Of a DNA stretch of 64,000 nucleotides, positions 43,481 through 52,455 are shown piece after piece (within the stretch, counting starts at the first letter, position 1; each line of letters begins with the position of its first letter). The stretch is taken from the NCBI GenBank assembly GCA_051747845.1, contig JBNJGQ010000001.1, positions 5,970 through 69,969 on the forward strand. Reading direction: 5' to 3'. The position numbers and the translations under genes were made by a program. Below the pieces are notes generated by a model. That model had not been told where the DNA came from, ran no database searches, and worked only from the letters and a program-made list of their open reading frames with translations. This DNA comes from Pseudomonadota bacterium. Lineage in GTDB: Bacteria > Pseudomonadota > Gammaproteobacteria > Enterobacterales > Alteromonadaceae.

Positions 43481-44239
43481 ATGGTAAGCGACGCTTTGTT
43501 TTTTGGTTTGGTTCTTTTGTCGGCAGCAACCTCACTGCTGACAGCTGTGGCTGGTGCCGGTGGTGGTGCGGTACTCATCGGTATGATGGCGCTGGTTTTA
43601 CCGGGTAGTGCGGTGATACCGGTTCACGGTTTAGTGCAAATGGGTTCTAATGTGGGCCGTACAGGGTTGTCATGGAAGCACATTCACTGGCCTACCGTTG
43701 CCTGGTTCGTACCTTTTGGTTTATTGGGTACCTTCATTGGCAGTTTATTACTGGTGCAGCTTCCCACGCATTTTTTGCAAATCACCATTGCGTTATTTTT
43801 AATCTGGCTGACCTGGGGGCCCAAGTTGCCGCAAAGCTTTCGTGGTCGGGCGGGCCTGGTTGGCGGAGGTCTGGTAACCGGCTTTATATCGCTATTTGTC
43901 GGTGCGTCAGGTCCGCTGGTTGCGGCCTTTGTAAAAGCCCGTTTTAGCGAGAGACTGCAAACCGTCGCGACATTTTCTGCGGTGATGACCATGCAGCATG
44001 CCCCTAAAGCGCTGGTTTTTGGCATGGCGGGCTTTGTGTTTCAGGATTGGTTGCCGTTGGTGCTGGCAATGATTGCTGCCGGCTTTGTTGGCACCTGGAT
44101 TGGCCTGCATTGGTTGAAGAAAATTACCAACCAACGCTTTGACCAGTTGTTTCGGTTAATCATTACCCTGCTGGCTCTTCGCCTGCTTTGGGTCGCGCTT
44201 GAGCCGTTTGTCCCAGCGTTGGCGAGCATAACGGCGTAA
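43481..44239 (+). CDS. TauE/SafE-family sulfite exporter
   Basis: AGAGGGA, IPVHG.VQ.GSN, SLFVGASGPLV, GTWIG. Confidence 0.85.
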   Translation: MVSDALFFGLVLLSAATSLLTAVAGAGGGAVLIGMMALVLPGSAVIPVHGLVQMGSNVGRTGLSWKHIHWPTVAWFVPFGLLGTFIGSLLLVQLPTHFLQITIALFLIWLTWGPKLPQSFRGRAGLVGGGLVTGFISLFVGASGPLVAAFVKARFSERLQTVATFSAVMTMQHAPKALVFGMAGFVFQDWLPLVLAMIAAGFVGTWIGLHWLKKITNQRFDQLFRLIITLLALRLLWVALEPFVPALASITA

Positions 44240-45202
44240 GCTGGCAATGTTATCGGTTTCATCCATTATGGGGGTGCCCAATATGGTTTCGATAATATCT
44301 TCCAGAGTAATCAGTCCGAGCCAACTGCCGTGTTCATCGTAAACCAGGGCCATATGTTGACGTTCTTTAATGAGATGACTCATTAACGCTTCAACACTCA
44401 CGGTTTCGGTTACTATTTCAACGGGGCGTACAATGTCGTTTAATACGTCAGATTCGTCAGCATCTAAAACATCACTGCGGAAAATGATGCCCTGTGGCTC
44501 TTCTTCACTGTCAATAACTGGGTAGCGTGAAAAAGGCAATTTTCGGATCTTTTCGCTGACCTCCAGCATACTTAAACCCGGGTTGATAGATTCACATACT
44601 GTACGAGGCGTCATAACTTCGCGTACGCGAATTTCATGTAAATCAAGAATGTTTAAAATTACCCGGCGCTCGTCATCATCTAAAGCTTCTTCTTCATGAC
44701 CAATGGTTGCCATGGCTTTAATTTCTGAGCGCACATCAATGTCTGCTTCACCGCTACCAATGCGCTTTGTAATTTGATCAGACAGCCAGATAAAAGGCTT
44801 AAGTGATAAAATCATAAAGTTAAGTATTGGGGGAAGCGAAGGTGCAATGGGTCGCCAGAATTTAGCACCGATTGTCTTAGGTATGATTTCCGATAGCACC
44901 AAAATAAGCAGCGTCATAACCGCTGAAGCGACACCTAAATAGCCGTCACCGAACACCACTCCAACCTGAGCGCCGACACCTGCTGCGCCGGCTGTGTGGG
45001 CTATCGTATTGAGTGTTAATATAGCCGCGAGAGGCTTATCAATAGAATCTTTTAGCTTGCGTAATTGCTGATGAGTTTTCGGTCTGGTCTCTTTTAATTG
45101 TGCCACATAACTGGGCGTGACCGATAAAAGAGCTGCTTCTAAAACCGAGCAAATGAATGAAACGCCAATGGCAATAACGGCAAAAAGAATGAGTAGAAAC
45201 AT
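44156..45202 (-). CDS. CNNM/DUF21-CBS membrane protein
   Basis: SFICSVLEAALLS, ILTLNTIAHT.GA, SEIIPKT, VMTPR, SRYPV, DEHG..GLITLEDIIE. Confidence 0.9.
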   Translation of the reverse strand: MFLLILFAVIAIGVSFICSVLEAALLSVTPSYVAQLKETRPKTHQQLRKLKDSIDKPLAAILTLNTIAHTAGAAGVGAQVGVVFGDGYLGVASAVMTLLILVLSEIIPKTIGAKFWRPIAPSLPPILNFMILSLKPFIWLSDQITKRIGSGEADIDVRSEIKAMATIGHEEEALDDDERRVILNILDLHEIRVREVMTPRTVCESINPGLSMLEVSEKIRKLPFSRYPVIDSEEEPQGIIFRSDVLDADESDVLNDIVRPVEIVTETVSVEALMSHLIKERQHMALVYDEHGSWLGLITLEDIIETILGTPIMDETDNIASLRRYARQRWDKRLKRDPKQAKSQQGND

Positions 45203-45217
45203 TGGTACCTTAAATGC

Positions 45218-45802
45218 TTACAGAAATTGCGTTAGTAATAACATAGTTCCTGCCAGAATCAGAATTGACCAACCGACAGGACCTGCGTATTTACCCCATA
45301 AGCGCTCAGTATAAGGCCCTAACCACAAAACGATAAGTGCTAATACATAATATCTTAAAGCGCGGGCCGCCCCCGCAGCTAGCAAGAACAACGAAAGTGG
45401 GTAGTCCCCCGCACCTGCAGCCAGCATGGCAACTTGAAAGGGTACGGGAGTAACACCAACTAAGAAAATGGCAGCAAAGCCGTCTTCTTTTAACGTCTCC
45501 TGAAACTCCTGGTAATAATCCTGAAGGGACAAATAGCTTATAAACCATTCACCTGCAGAGTCGAATAGCGCAAAGCCAATGTAATAACCACCTATGGCTC
45601 CGGCCATGAACCCTGCCAGGGCTACGGTTGAAACCAGCCAGATACGTTTGCGCTCAAGCACCATGTAAGGCACTAGCACTAATTCCAGGGCAATAGGGAG
45701 TAAAGTTGCTTCCATAGCAGACAGAAAAAAGAGAAGTACCAGAGCATGGGGGGAACTGGCGAGTTTCTGATACCATTGTTGCGTCTTTGTATTTTCTGCC
45801 AT
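45218..45802 (-). CDS. YqaA/DedA (VTT) family membrane protein
   Basis: LSAMEATLLPI..E..LVP, GAIGGY.IG, TPVPFQV, ARALRY. Confidence 0.85.
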   Translation of the reverse strand: MAENTKTQQWYQKLASSPHALVLLFFLSAMEATLLPIALELVLVPYMVLERKRIWLVSTVALAGFMAGAIGGYYIGFALFDSAGEWFISYLSLQDYYQEFQETLKEDGFAAIFLVGVTPVPFQVAMLAAGAGDYPLSLFLLAAGAARALRYYVLALIVLWLGPYTERLWGKYAGPVGWSILILAGTMLLLTQFL

Positions 45803-45935
45803 TGGCGCGTCAATTTATTAATTTCGATAGTATTTATCGGTTTAGTGTAGCGTTATTTCTTTGCAAATAGGGATCGAAGCCGTTAAAACTTACGTAAACT
45901 TTGCAATTAAGCGTATTGTTAAAAGGTAACTGAAA

Positions 45936-47030
45936 ATGAAATATCGAGGAAGCCCTGCATTCTCTCACGGACAGGCAGATAAAATAGGGGTGCTGGTGAC
46001 TAATCTAGGTACTCCTGAAGCTCCGACTAAGGGAGCGCTCAAGCCTTATTTAAAAGAGTTCCTGTCTGACCCAAGGGTGGTTGAGGTTCCTCGGCTGCTT
46101 TGGTATTTCATATTAAATGGCGTGATCCTTCGCTTTCGTCCGAAACGTTCAGCTGAGGCTTATGAGACTGTTTGGACAGAACGCGGCTCGCCGTTGCTTT
46201 TTCATACTCAGGATCAAGCTTCTGCTATTGAGAAAAAACTGAAAGAAACCTGGGGCGACAATATTGTTGTCGACTTTGCCATGCGCTATGGGAATCCGGC
46301 ATTGGGTGATGTGGTCGAGAATATGATGCAAAAAGGGGTACGGAAATTACTGGTTCTGCCGTTATACCCGCAATATTCAGCATCTACCACAGCCTCAACT
46401 TTTGATGCCCTGGCAAAAGATTTCACTAAACGTCGCTGGTTACCTGAGCTGCGTTTTATTACTCATTACCATGACTTCCCTCCCTTTATTGAAGCGGCAG
46501 CAAAACGCATTGAGAGACACTGGGAGCAGCATGGGCGCACTGATAAACTGCTGTTTTCTTACCACGGTATTCCGTTACGCTACTTGAAAAACGGCGACCC
46601 TTATCATTGTGAGTGCTATAAAACTTCACGCTTGCTTGCTGAGCGCCTGGGGCTTAAAAAAGATGAGTACCTGACCACATTCCAGTCGCGTTTTGGTCGC
46701 GAAGAGTGGCTGCAACCGTATACTGATATGACCATGAAAGCGCTTCCCGGAAAAGGCGTTAAGTCTGTTCAGGTATTTTGTCCGGGCTTTTCTTCAGACT
46801 GTTTAGAGACGGTTGAAGAAATTGGCGAGGAGAACCGAGAATACTTTATGGAAAGCGGCGGTGAACGGTACGAGTATATTTCAGCTCTAAATGCCGAAAG
46901 TGATCATATTAGTGCGCTGACACAGCTTATTGAGAATAATTTGCAGGGTTGGTCAGTGGAAGAGGTTTCTGGGCTGCGAGAGCAAAGAGCTGACGAAGTT
47001 AAGAAGCAAGGCTTGCCCTACGATAACTGA
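45936..47030 (+). CDS. hemH: Ferrochelatase
   Basis: NLGTP, FLSDPRV, MRYGNP, PLYPQYS, FSYHGIP, FQSRFG, WLQPYT, DCLET.EE. Confidence 0.97.
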   Translation: MKYRGSPAFSHGQADKIGVLVTNLGTPEAPTKGALKPYLKEFLSDPRVVEVPRLLWYFILNGVILRFRPKRSAEAYETVWTERGSPLLFHTQDQASAIEKKLKETWGDNIVVDFAMRYGNPALGDVVENMMQKGVRKLLVLPLYPQYSASTTASTFDALAKDFTKRRWLPELRFITHYHDFPPFIEAAAKRIERHWEQHGRTDKLLFSYHGIPLRYLKNGDPYHCECYKTSRLLAERLGLKKDEYLTTFQSRFGREEWLQPYTDMTMKALPGKGVKSVQVFCPGFSSDCLETVEEIGEENREYFMESGGERYEYISALNAESDHISALTQLIENNLQGWSVEEVSGLREQRADEVKKQGLPYDN

Positions 47031-47040
47031 GGAGAGAAGC

Positions 47041-47481
47041 ATGGAAAAAGAATTTTCTGTTTCAATGGAGCTGGTTGATAATTATAAGTTTCTTGTCGAC
47101 TTTGGTAGTTATGGTGAGCTTGTTTCAGATGAACCAGAGCCGCTAGGAGAAGGTCAGGGGCCAAATCCGTCACGTATTTTGGCCGCGTCAGTGGCTAACT
47201 GTCTAGCAGCTAGCTTAATGTTTGCTTTGCGTAAGTTTAAAGACGAACCGGGCAAAGTAAGTGCCGAAGTTAAAGGGCATCTTGACAGAGTTGATGGTCG
47301 TTGGCGTATTGTCAGTATGGACGTCGATATAAAATTGGGAAATGCCTCGGCAACGCTGAGTCATCTTGAAAGGGCTTTGGAGCAGTTTGAGGACTTTTGT
47401 GTGGTCACTCAGAGTGTCCGTAATGGTATTGATGTCAATGTCAAAGTTGAAGACAGTGACGGAAAATTAGTAAAAGGATAA
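47041..47481 (+). CDS. OsmC-like protein
   Basis: DEPEPLGEG.GPNP, NCLAASL, FEDFCVVTQSVR.GI; ATG 47041 after GAGGAG. Confidence 0.85.
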   Translation: MEKEFSVSMELVDNYKFLVDFGSYGELVSDEPEPLGEGQGPNPSRILAASVANCLAASLMFALRKFKDEPGKVSAEVKGHLDRVDGRWRIVSMDVDIKLGNASATLSHLERALEQFEDFCVVTQSVRNGIDVNVKVEDSDGKLVKG

Positions 47482-47483
47482 AA

Positions 47484-47987
47484 GTGGCTCGAACGAATTC
47501 ATTCGGTAAGCCTTTCATGTTTATTGCATGGGGGCTTGCTATTGCTATGCTGGTTTGGTTTTTCGAAGACAAACTGCAGCAACAGTTTAACCCTAACTCT
47601 CAGGTTCAAAGTCATGTAGACAACGGGCAAGTCACGGTTATGCTGGAACAAAACCGTATGGGTCATTACGTAGCCCAGGGGAAGGTCAACGGGCAGTCGG
47701 TGACGTTTCTGTTAGATACCGGAGCTACCCTGGTCGCTGTCCCGGAAGGCTTAGCGCAAAAACTCGGACTTCGTAAGGGGCGTCAGGGAATGTCCCAAAC
47801 CGCCAATGGACGTGTTATAACATACCGTACAGAAATTGATCGTTTGCAGCTGGGTGACATTCAATTAAACAATGTTGCCGCCTCTATTACGCCCGGAATG
47901 GACGGCGATGTCATACTTTTGGGTATGAGTGCATTGAAAGAATTTGAGTTAACGCAGAAAGGCGATACTCTTACCTTACGTTATTAA
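47484..47987 (+). CDS. Clan AA aspartic protease (TIGR02281-like), membrane-anchored
   Basis: GHY, FLLDTGAT, TANG, LLGMS. Confidence 0.9.
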   Translation: MARTNSFGKPFMFIAWGLAIAMLVWFFEDKLQQQFNPNSQVQSHVDNGQVTVMLEQNRMGHYVAQGKVNGQSVTFLLDTGATLVAVPEGLAQKLGLRKGRQGMSQTANGRVITYRTEIDRLQLGDIQLNNVAASITPGMDGDVILLGMSALKEFELTQKGDTLTLRY

Positions 47988-48008
47988 AAATAGAAGCAGG
48001 ACTGATGT

Positions 48009-48548
48009 ATGTATAAAACACTACTAGGCGCAACGTTATTTATTATTGCCGGTGCGGCCGGAGCGCAACAAGAAACAATGAAGCAGTGTGCGGAAATTGA
48101 AGATTCGCTCGAGCGACTGGTGTGCTATGACAATTTGGCCAAACGCCAGCAAGGCGAACCTCAGGAAGAAAAAGCTAAAGGACGAGCTAAAGCGGAAGAA
48201 ATGAAAGCCAGAGGACAAGGCAAGGCTGCAGAGATGAAAGCCAAAGCTCAGCAACGAGGCGAGCAGCGCGATAATGCGTCAGAGCAAAATTTCGGTATGG
48301 AGCATAAAGGCAGTAAAAACAATACGGTTGAGAGACTGGAAGTGGAAGTTGCTAGCAAAAAACAGGACCCTTACAAGAAATGGGAAATTGAGCTAAGCAA
48401 TGGACAGGTTTGGAAGCAAACCGATAGCCGGGGTTACTTTTCCTGGGACGATGATGATACCTATTATATTGAGCGAGGTGCTTTGAACTCCTTTTTCTTC
48501 GGGCGAGAAGGTTCAAACCGTCGACTTAGAGTGCAGCGAATCAAATAA
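48009..48548 (+). CDS. Conserved exported hypothetical protein
   Basis: Signal peptide, CAEIEDSLERLVCYD, FG, LSNGQVWKQ, IERGALNSF. Confidence 0.75.
   Translation: MYKTLLGATLFIIAGAAGAQQETMKQCAEIEDSLERLVCYDNLAKRQQGEPQEEKAKGRAKAEEMKARGQGKAAEMKAKAQQRGEQRDNASEQNFGMEHKGSKNNTVERLEVEVASKKQDPYKKWEIELSNGQVWKQTDSRGYFSWDDDDTYYIERGALNSFFFGREGSNRRLRVQRIK
48177..48242 (+). repeat. Imperfect 33-bp tandem duplication within CDS
   Basis: KGRAKAEEMKA / RGQGKAAEMKA; both units end ATGAAAGCC. Confidence 0.7.
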
Positions 48549-48574
48549 GTCAGGAACAATTATGCAGCGGACTC

Positions 48575-51250
48575 ATGCAGGATAGTTTACTCGGTTACAG
48601 TCAAATAGCCACAGGAGTTGTATTACTCCTGATTACCGCGACAGTTTTTGTCAGCGTGGTCCGTAAGAGAGCGCAAAAGAGGTATAAAGGACTCAGTCAG
48701 TTAATTCAGTCTCACTACCATACCTTCAATACTCTTGCCCAACAGAAAGACCTTGAAAGCCGACTGTTGGGCATTTGTCACCTAATTGAATCTCAAATTG
48801 ATGGCGCCATGTGTTCTATTATGGTGGTTAATAAGGACAGTAAAACCTTATCGACAGCCGCCTCTGCTTCCTTACCACGTTCTCTTTCTAATCAGCTTAA
48901 CGGCTTAGAAATTGCTGATGGCGCAGGTGCTTGTGGTACGGCGGCGGCAACCGGCGAACCAGTTTTGATTGCTGATATGAAAAACGATAAGCGTTTTGAA
49001 GCGTTCATGCCGTTGATTACGCAGTATGGTTTGGTTGCTTGTTGGTCTCATCCTATTTTTGGATCCGCTGACGGACAAGTGATAGGAACTTTCGCCATTT
49101 ATTTTTCCGAAGCTAAAATGCCAACAGGGCGAGACCTGGAGCTGATTGTACGTAATCGTGATCTGGTCGCCTTAGTTCTTGAGCAGGAAGAACAACGAAA
49201 GAAACAAACCCGTTTAGAGCAGCATCAGCGTTCCTTATTTACTTATAATCCCGACGCGGTGTTCACATTGGATTTAAAAGGACATTTCACCAGCGTTAAT
49301 CGTGCCGTTTGCGAGCTTTTGCTGCTTCGAGAGGAAGAGTTACTAGGGCAACATTATGAATTGGCAATTCCGGAAGTTGAGCGGGAGCAAACGGCAACTT
49401 ATTTTGAAGCTGCAAAGACAGGAACTCCCCAGTCGTACGAAATTAAAGTTACGGACAGAATGGGTCAGTTTCACGACTTATCGATAACCAATATCCCCAT
49501 TATTATTGATGGTGAAGTTACCGGTGTTCACGGTATTGCAAAAGACATTACTGTGCACCGGGCTAATGAAGCGAAACTTAAAGTATTTGAAAGTGGCGTA
49601 CATGCCAGCGTCAATGGTGTTGTTATTAGTGAAGCTGGAAAAAAAGGTCTCCCGGTACTTTATGTTAACCCGGCCTTTGAAAAGATGAGCGGTTATTCTC
49701 TTACCGAAATAAAAGGCCGTAGCTGCAGTATACTGCAGGGGCCTGATACAGACTCAAAAGTTGTCTTTGAGATTCGAGAAGCGTTAAAGGAAAAGCGGGA
49801 AATAAAAACCGTAATTCGAAATTATCGCAAAGATGGCAGTATGTTTTGGAATGAACTGCTAATAGCACCAGTTACAGGCGCGGACAATAAAGTAACCCAT
49901 TTTATTGGATTACAAAGCGATATTACTGAACGAGTACAACGAGAAGATGCTCTGGCGTTTTATGCCTCGCACGACAGTCTAACGCGTTTAGCCAACCGCA
50001 GCGCAATGGAAGATCGGCTACAACAGTTAGTATCTGATGACAACGAGCCAGCCGTTTTTGTGCTGTTTATTGACCTGGACGGGTTTAAGCCGATAAATGA
50101 CAGTTTAGGACACTACCTTGGTGATGAGGTGCTAATTGAGACTGCGCAACGTCTGCAGCAGGTTGTCCTTGAACCTAACTTGCTCTGCCGCTTTGGGGGA
50201 GATGAGTTCGTTGCTGTTATCCAAAACATGGGGGCAGCAGAGCAGATTAATGGTTTATGTGAGGAAGTATTAGCGGTTTTCGAAGAGCCATTTCGTATCG
50301 GCGAGGTTGAAGTTTCCTTGTCGGCAGCCATTGGCGTTGCCGCAAACGATATTCAATATAAGCACCCTATGGAGCTGACACAGCGTGCGGATGTTGCAAT
50401 GTATGAAGCGAAAAAGCGTGGCGGCAATTCAGTATGTTGGTACTCCGAAAAACTCGATGAGGGACTGGGTTACAAAGTTGCCTTGCGGACAAAAATTCAG
50501 GAAGCGCTTACGAAAAAGCAGTTTGAGCTCTTTTATCAACCCATAATGACCAGTACAGGGCAGGTCTCAGGGGCTGAAGCTTTGATTCGTTGGCACCACC
50601 CAACTAAAGGTTATGTTTCTCCTGCAGACTTTATCCCGGTTGCAGAGCGTACAGGTCAGATCATTCAAATTAGTGAATGGGTTCTCAGGCAAGCCTGCCA
50701 AGACTTAGCTGAACTAAAACGTTACGGTATTCACACTGTTTCTGTGAACTTTTCCCCCATTCAGTTTTATCGTGACGACTTTATTAGTAAAACCAAGTCC
50801 GTGCTCGAAGAATTTAATATAGAGCCGGGTGAGATCACCGTTGAAATAACAGAGAATGTGCTGGTTAACGATACTCCGCGTATTGCTGACCTTTTACAGC
50901 AACTGCGCGATTTAGGGCTTGATGTTGCCATTGACGACTTTGGTAGCGGATTTGCCAGTCTGCGTTACTTGAATGTCCTGCCCGTAAATAAACTTAAGAT
51001 CGATCGCAGCTTTATTGAGAATATTGATCAAAACAGACATAACGCAGCAATAACGGGCGGTATTTTAAGTATGGTTGAACACCTTGGTATACAGACGGTT
51101 GCTGAAGGTGTCGAAACTGAAAACGAATACCGCTATCTGGTTGAGCACGGGTGTCCGTTAATGCAGGGCTTTTTATTCTGTAAACCGAAGCCGCTGGGCG
51201 AACTGCTCGTGTGGGCAGAACGCCAGCAGTCTTTCGAAAACGAAAGTTAA
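48575..51250 (+). CDS. TM-GAF-PAS-PAS(LOV-like)-GGDEF-EAL protein
   Basis: GAF (GACGTAA, ACWSHPI), PAS, GRSCSILQG PAS, DLDGFKPIND/RFGGDEF, EAL/DDFG/KIDRSF/EGVE. Confidence 0.92.
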   Translation: MQDSLLGYSQIATGVVLLLITATVFVSVVRKRAQKRYKGLSQLIQSHYHTFNTLAQQKDLESRLLGICHLIESQIDGAMCSIMVVNKDSKTLSTAASASLPRSLSNQLNGLEIADGAGACGTAAATGEPVLIADMKNDKRFEAFMPLITQYGLVACWSHPIFGSADGQVIGTFAIYFSEAKMPTGRDLELIVRNRDLVALVLEQEEQRKKQTRLEQHQRSLFTYNPDAVFTLDLKGHFTSVNRAVCELLLLREEELLGQHYELAIPEVEREQTATYFEAAKTGTPQSYEIKVTDRMGQFHDLSITNIPIIIDGEVTGVHGIAKDITVHRANEAKLKVFESGVHASVNGVVISEAGKKGLPVLYVNPAFEKMSGYSLTEIKGRSCSILQGPDTDSKVVFEIREALKEKREIKTVIRNYRKDGSMFWNELLIAPVTGADNKVTHFIGLQSDITERVQREDALAFYASHDSLTRLANRSAMEDRLQQLVSDDNEPAVFVLFIDLDGFKPINDSLGHYLGDEVLIETAQRLQQVVLEPNLLCRFGGDEFVAVIQNMGAAEQINGLCEEVLAVFEEPFRIGEVEVSLSAAIGVAANDIQYKHPMELTQRADVAMYEAKKRGGNSVCWYSEKLDEGLGYKVALRTKIQEALTKKQFELFYQPIMTSTGQVSGAEALIRWHHPTKGYVSPADFIPVAERTGQIIQISEWVLRQACQDLAELKRYGIHTVSVNFSPIQFYRDDFISKTKSVLEEFNIEPGEITVEITENVLVNDTPRIADLLQQLRDLGLDVAIDDFGSGFASLRYLNVLPVNKLKIDRSFIENIDQNRHNAAITGGILSMVEHLGIQTVAEGVETENEYRYLVEHGCPLMQGFLFCKPKPLGELLVWAERQQSFENES

Positions 51251-51252
51251 AG

Positions 51253-51882
51253 CTATTTAATATCGGTCAGACGTAAGTATGGACGCAGCGTTTTCCAGCC
51301 TTGCGGGAATTTTTGTTTTGCGTCTTCATCGCTTACTGTCGGGCGAATGATAACGGAATCTCCCGGTACCCAGTCCGCCGGGCAGGCAACTTCTTCACGG
51401 TCGGTCGTTTGCAGAGCATCGATAACACGTAAAATCTCATTAAAGTTACGGCCTACCGTCATGGGGTAAGTCATGATCAGCCGGACTTTCTGATTTGGGT
51501 CGATAATAAAGACTGAACGTACGGTAGCGGTTGCGCTCTCGTTTGGATGGATCATGTCATAAAGCTCTGCAACTTTAAGATCTTTATCGGCAACAATGGG
51601 GAACTCTAAGACCGTGCTTTGAGTGTCGTTTACATCCTCAATCCAGCCTTTATGCGCATCAACCGTGTCAGTTGATAGTCCCAGTGGTTTGACGTTGCGT
51701 TTTTCAAACTCAGGGGCCAGCTGTGCGGTTCTTCCCATTTCGGTTGTGCAAACGGGTGTGTAATCGGCCGGGTGACTGAAAAAGAATACCCAGGAACCTT
51801 TGGCCCAGTCATGAAATTTTATCGAACCTTGAGTGGTATCAATGGTAAAGTCTGGTGCAGTATCGCCAATACGTAATGTCAT
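51253..51882 (-). CDS. 1-Cys peroxiredoxin (Prx6/LsfA-like)
   Basis: FSHPADYTPVCTTE, TVRSVFIIDP, YP..VGRNF.EILR, PYLR. Confidence 0.93.
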   Translation of the reverse strand: MTLRIGDTAPDFTIDTTQGSIKFHDWAKGSWVFFFSHPADYTPVCTTEMGRTAQLAPEFEKRNVKPLGLSTDTVDAHKGWIEDVNDTQSTVLEFPIVADKDLKVAELYDMIHPNESATATVRSVFIIDPNQKVRLIMTYPMTVGRNFNEILRVIDALQTTDREEVACPADWVPGDSVIIRPTVSDEDAKQKFPQGWKTLRPYLRLTDIK

Positions 51883-52009
51883 ATAGTACTCCTGAAGTCA
51901 GTGTTGATAGCTTTATATCGGTACCTACTAAATAGTAGCTTAGTACAAACATTACAAGGCAACGGGCTTAGAACTATTTACTCTAATATAGACTTATGGA
52001 TTATTAGTC

Positions 52010-52453
52010 ATGACCTTATTCATTGATGCCGACGCCTGCCCTCTGGCCATAAGGGAGATTCTTTTTCGTGCGGCGCAGCGTAAGCAATTGCACCTCTATT
52101 TAATAGCCAATCAGCGCATTCAGACGCCAAAATCAAAATTCATTCATATGGTTCAGGTAGGAAGTGGTTTTGATGTAGCTGATCATGAAATTGTTCGTCG
52201 GTGCGAGGCTGGTGACCTGGTGATAACCAGCGACATCCCTCTGGCGGCAGAAGTTATCGAGAAAGGTGCAAAAGCGCTGAGCTCCCGCGGAGAGTTATTT
52301 ACTCCCGACAATATTCGTCAACGCCTGAATATACGCGACTTTATGGATACGATGAGAAGCAGTGGTATTCAGTCCGGTGGGCCTCCGCCTTTAACCAATG
52401 TTGACCGTAAAAACTTTGCTGACCATTTAGACCGATTACTTGCGGGGACCTGA
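52010..52453 (+). CDS. yaiI: YaiI/YqxD (UPF0178) family protein
   Basis: [29 protein letters not shown]. Confidence 0.9.
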   Translation: MTLFIDADACPLAIREILFRAAQRKQLHLYLIANQRIQTPKSKFIHMVQVGSGFDVADHEIVRRCEAGDLVITSDIPLAAEVIEKGAKALSSRGELFTPDNIRQRLNIRDFMDTMRSSGIQSGGPPPLTNVDRKNFADHLDRLLAGT

Positions 52454-52455
52454 AA

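Noticed and set aside
45803-45935. OxyR site upstream of hemH
   Set aside because: Only one tetramer fits the OxyR spacing.
46930-47040. N-terminal extension of the OsmC-like ORF
   Set aside because: Overlaps hemH; clear SD and ATG at 47041.
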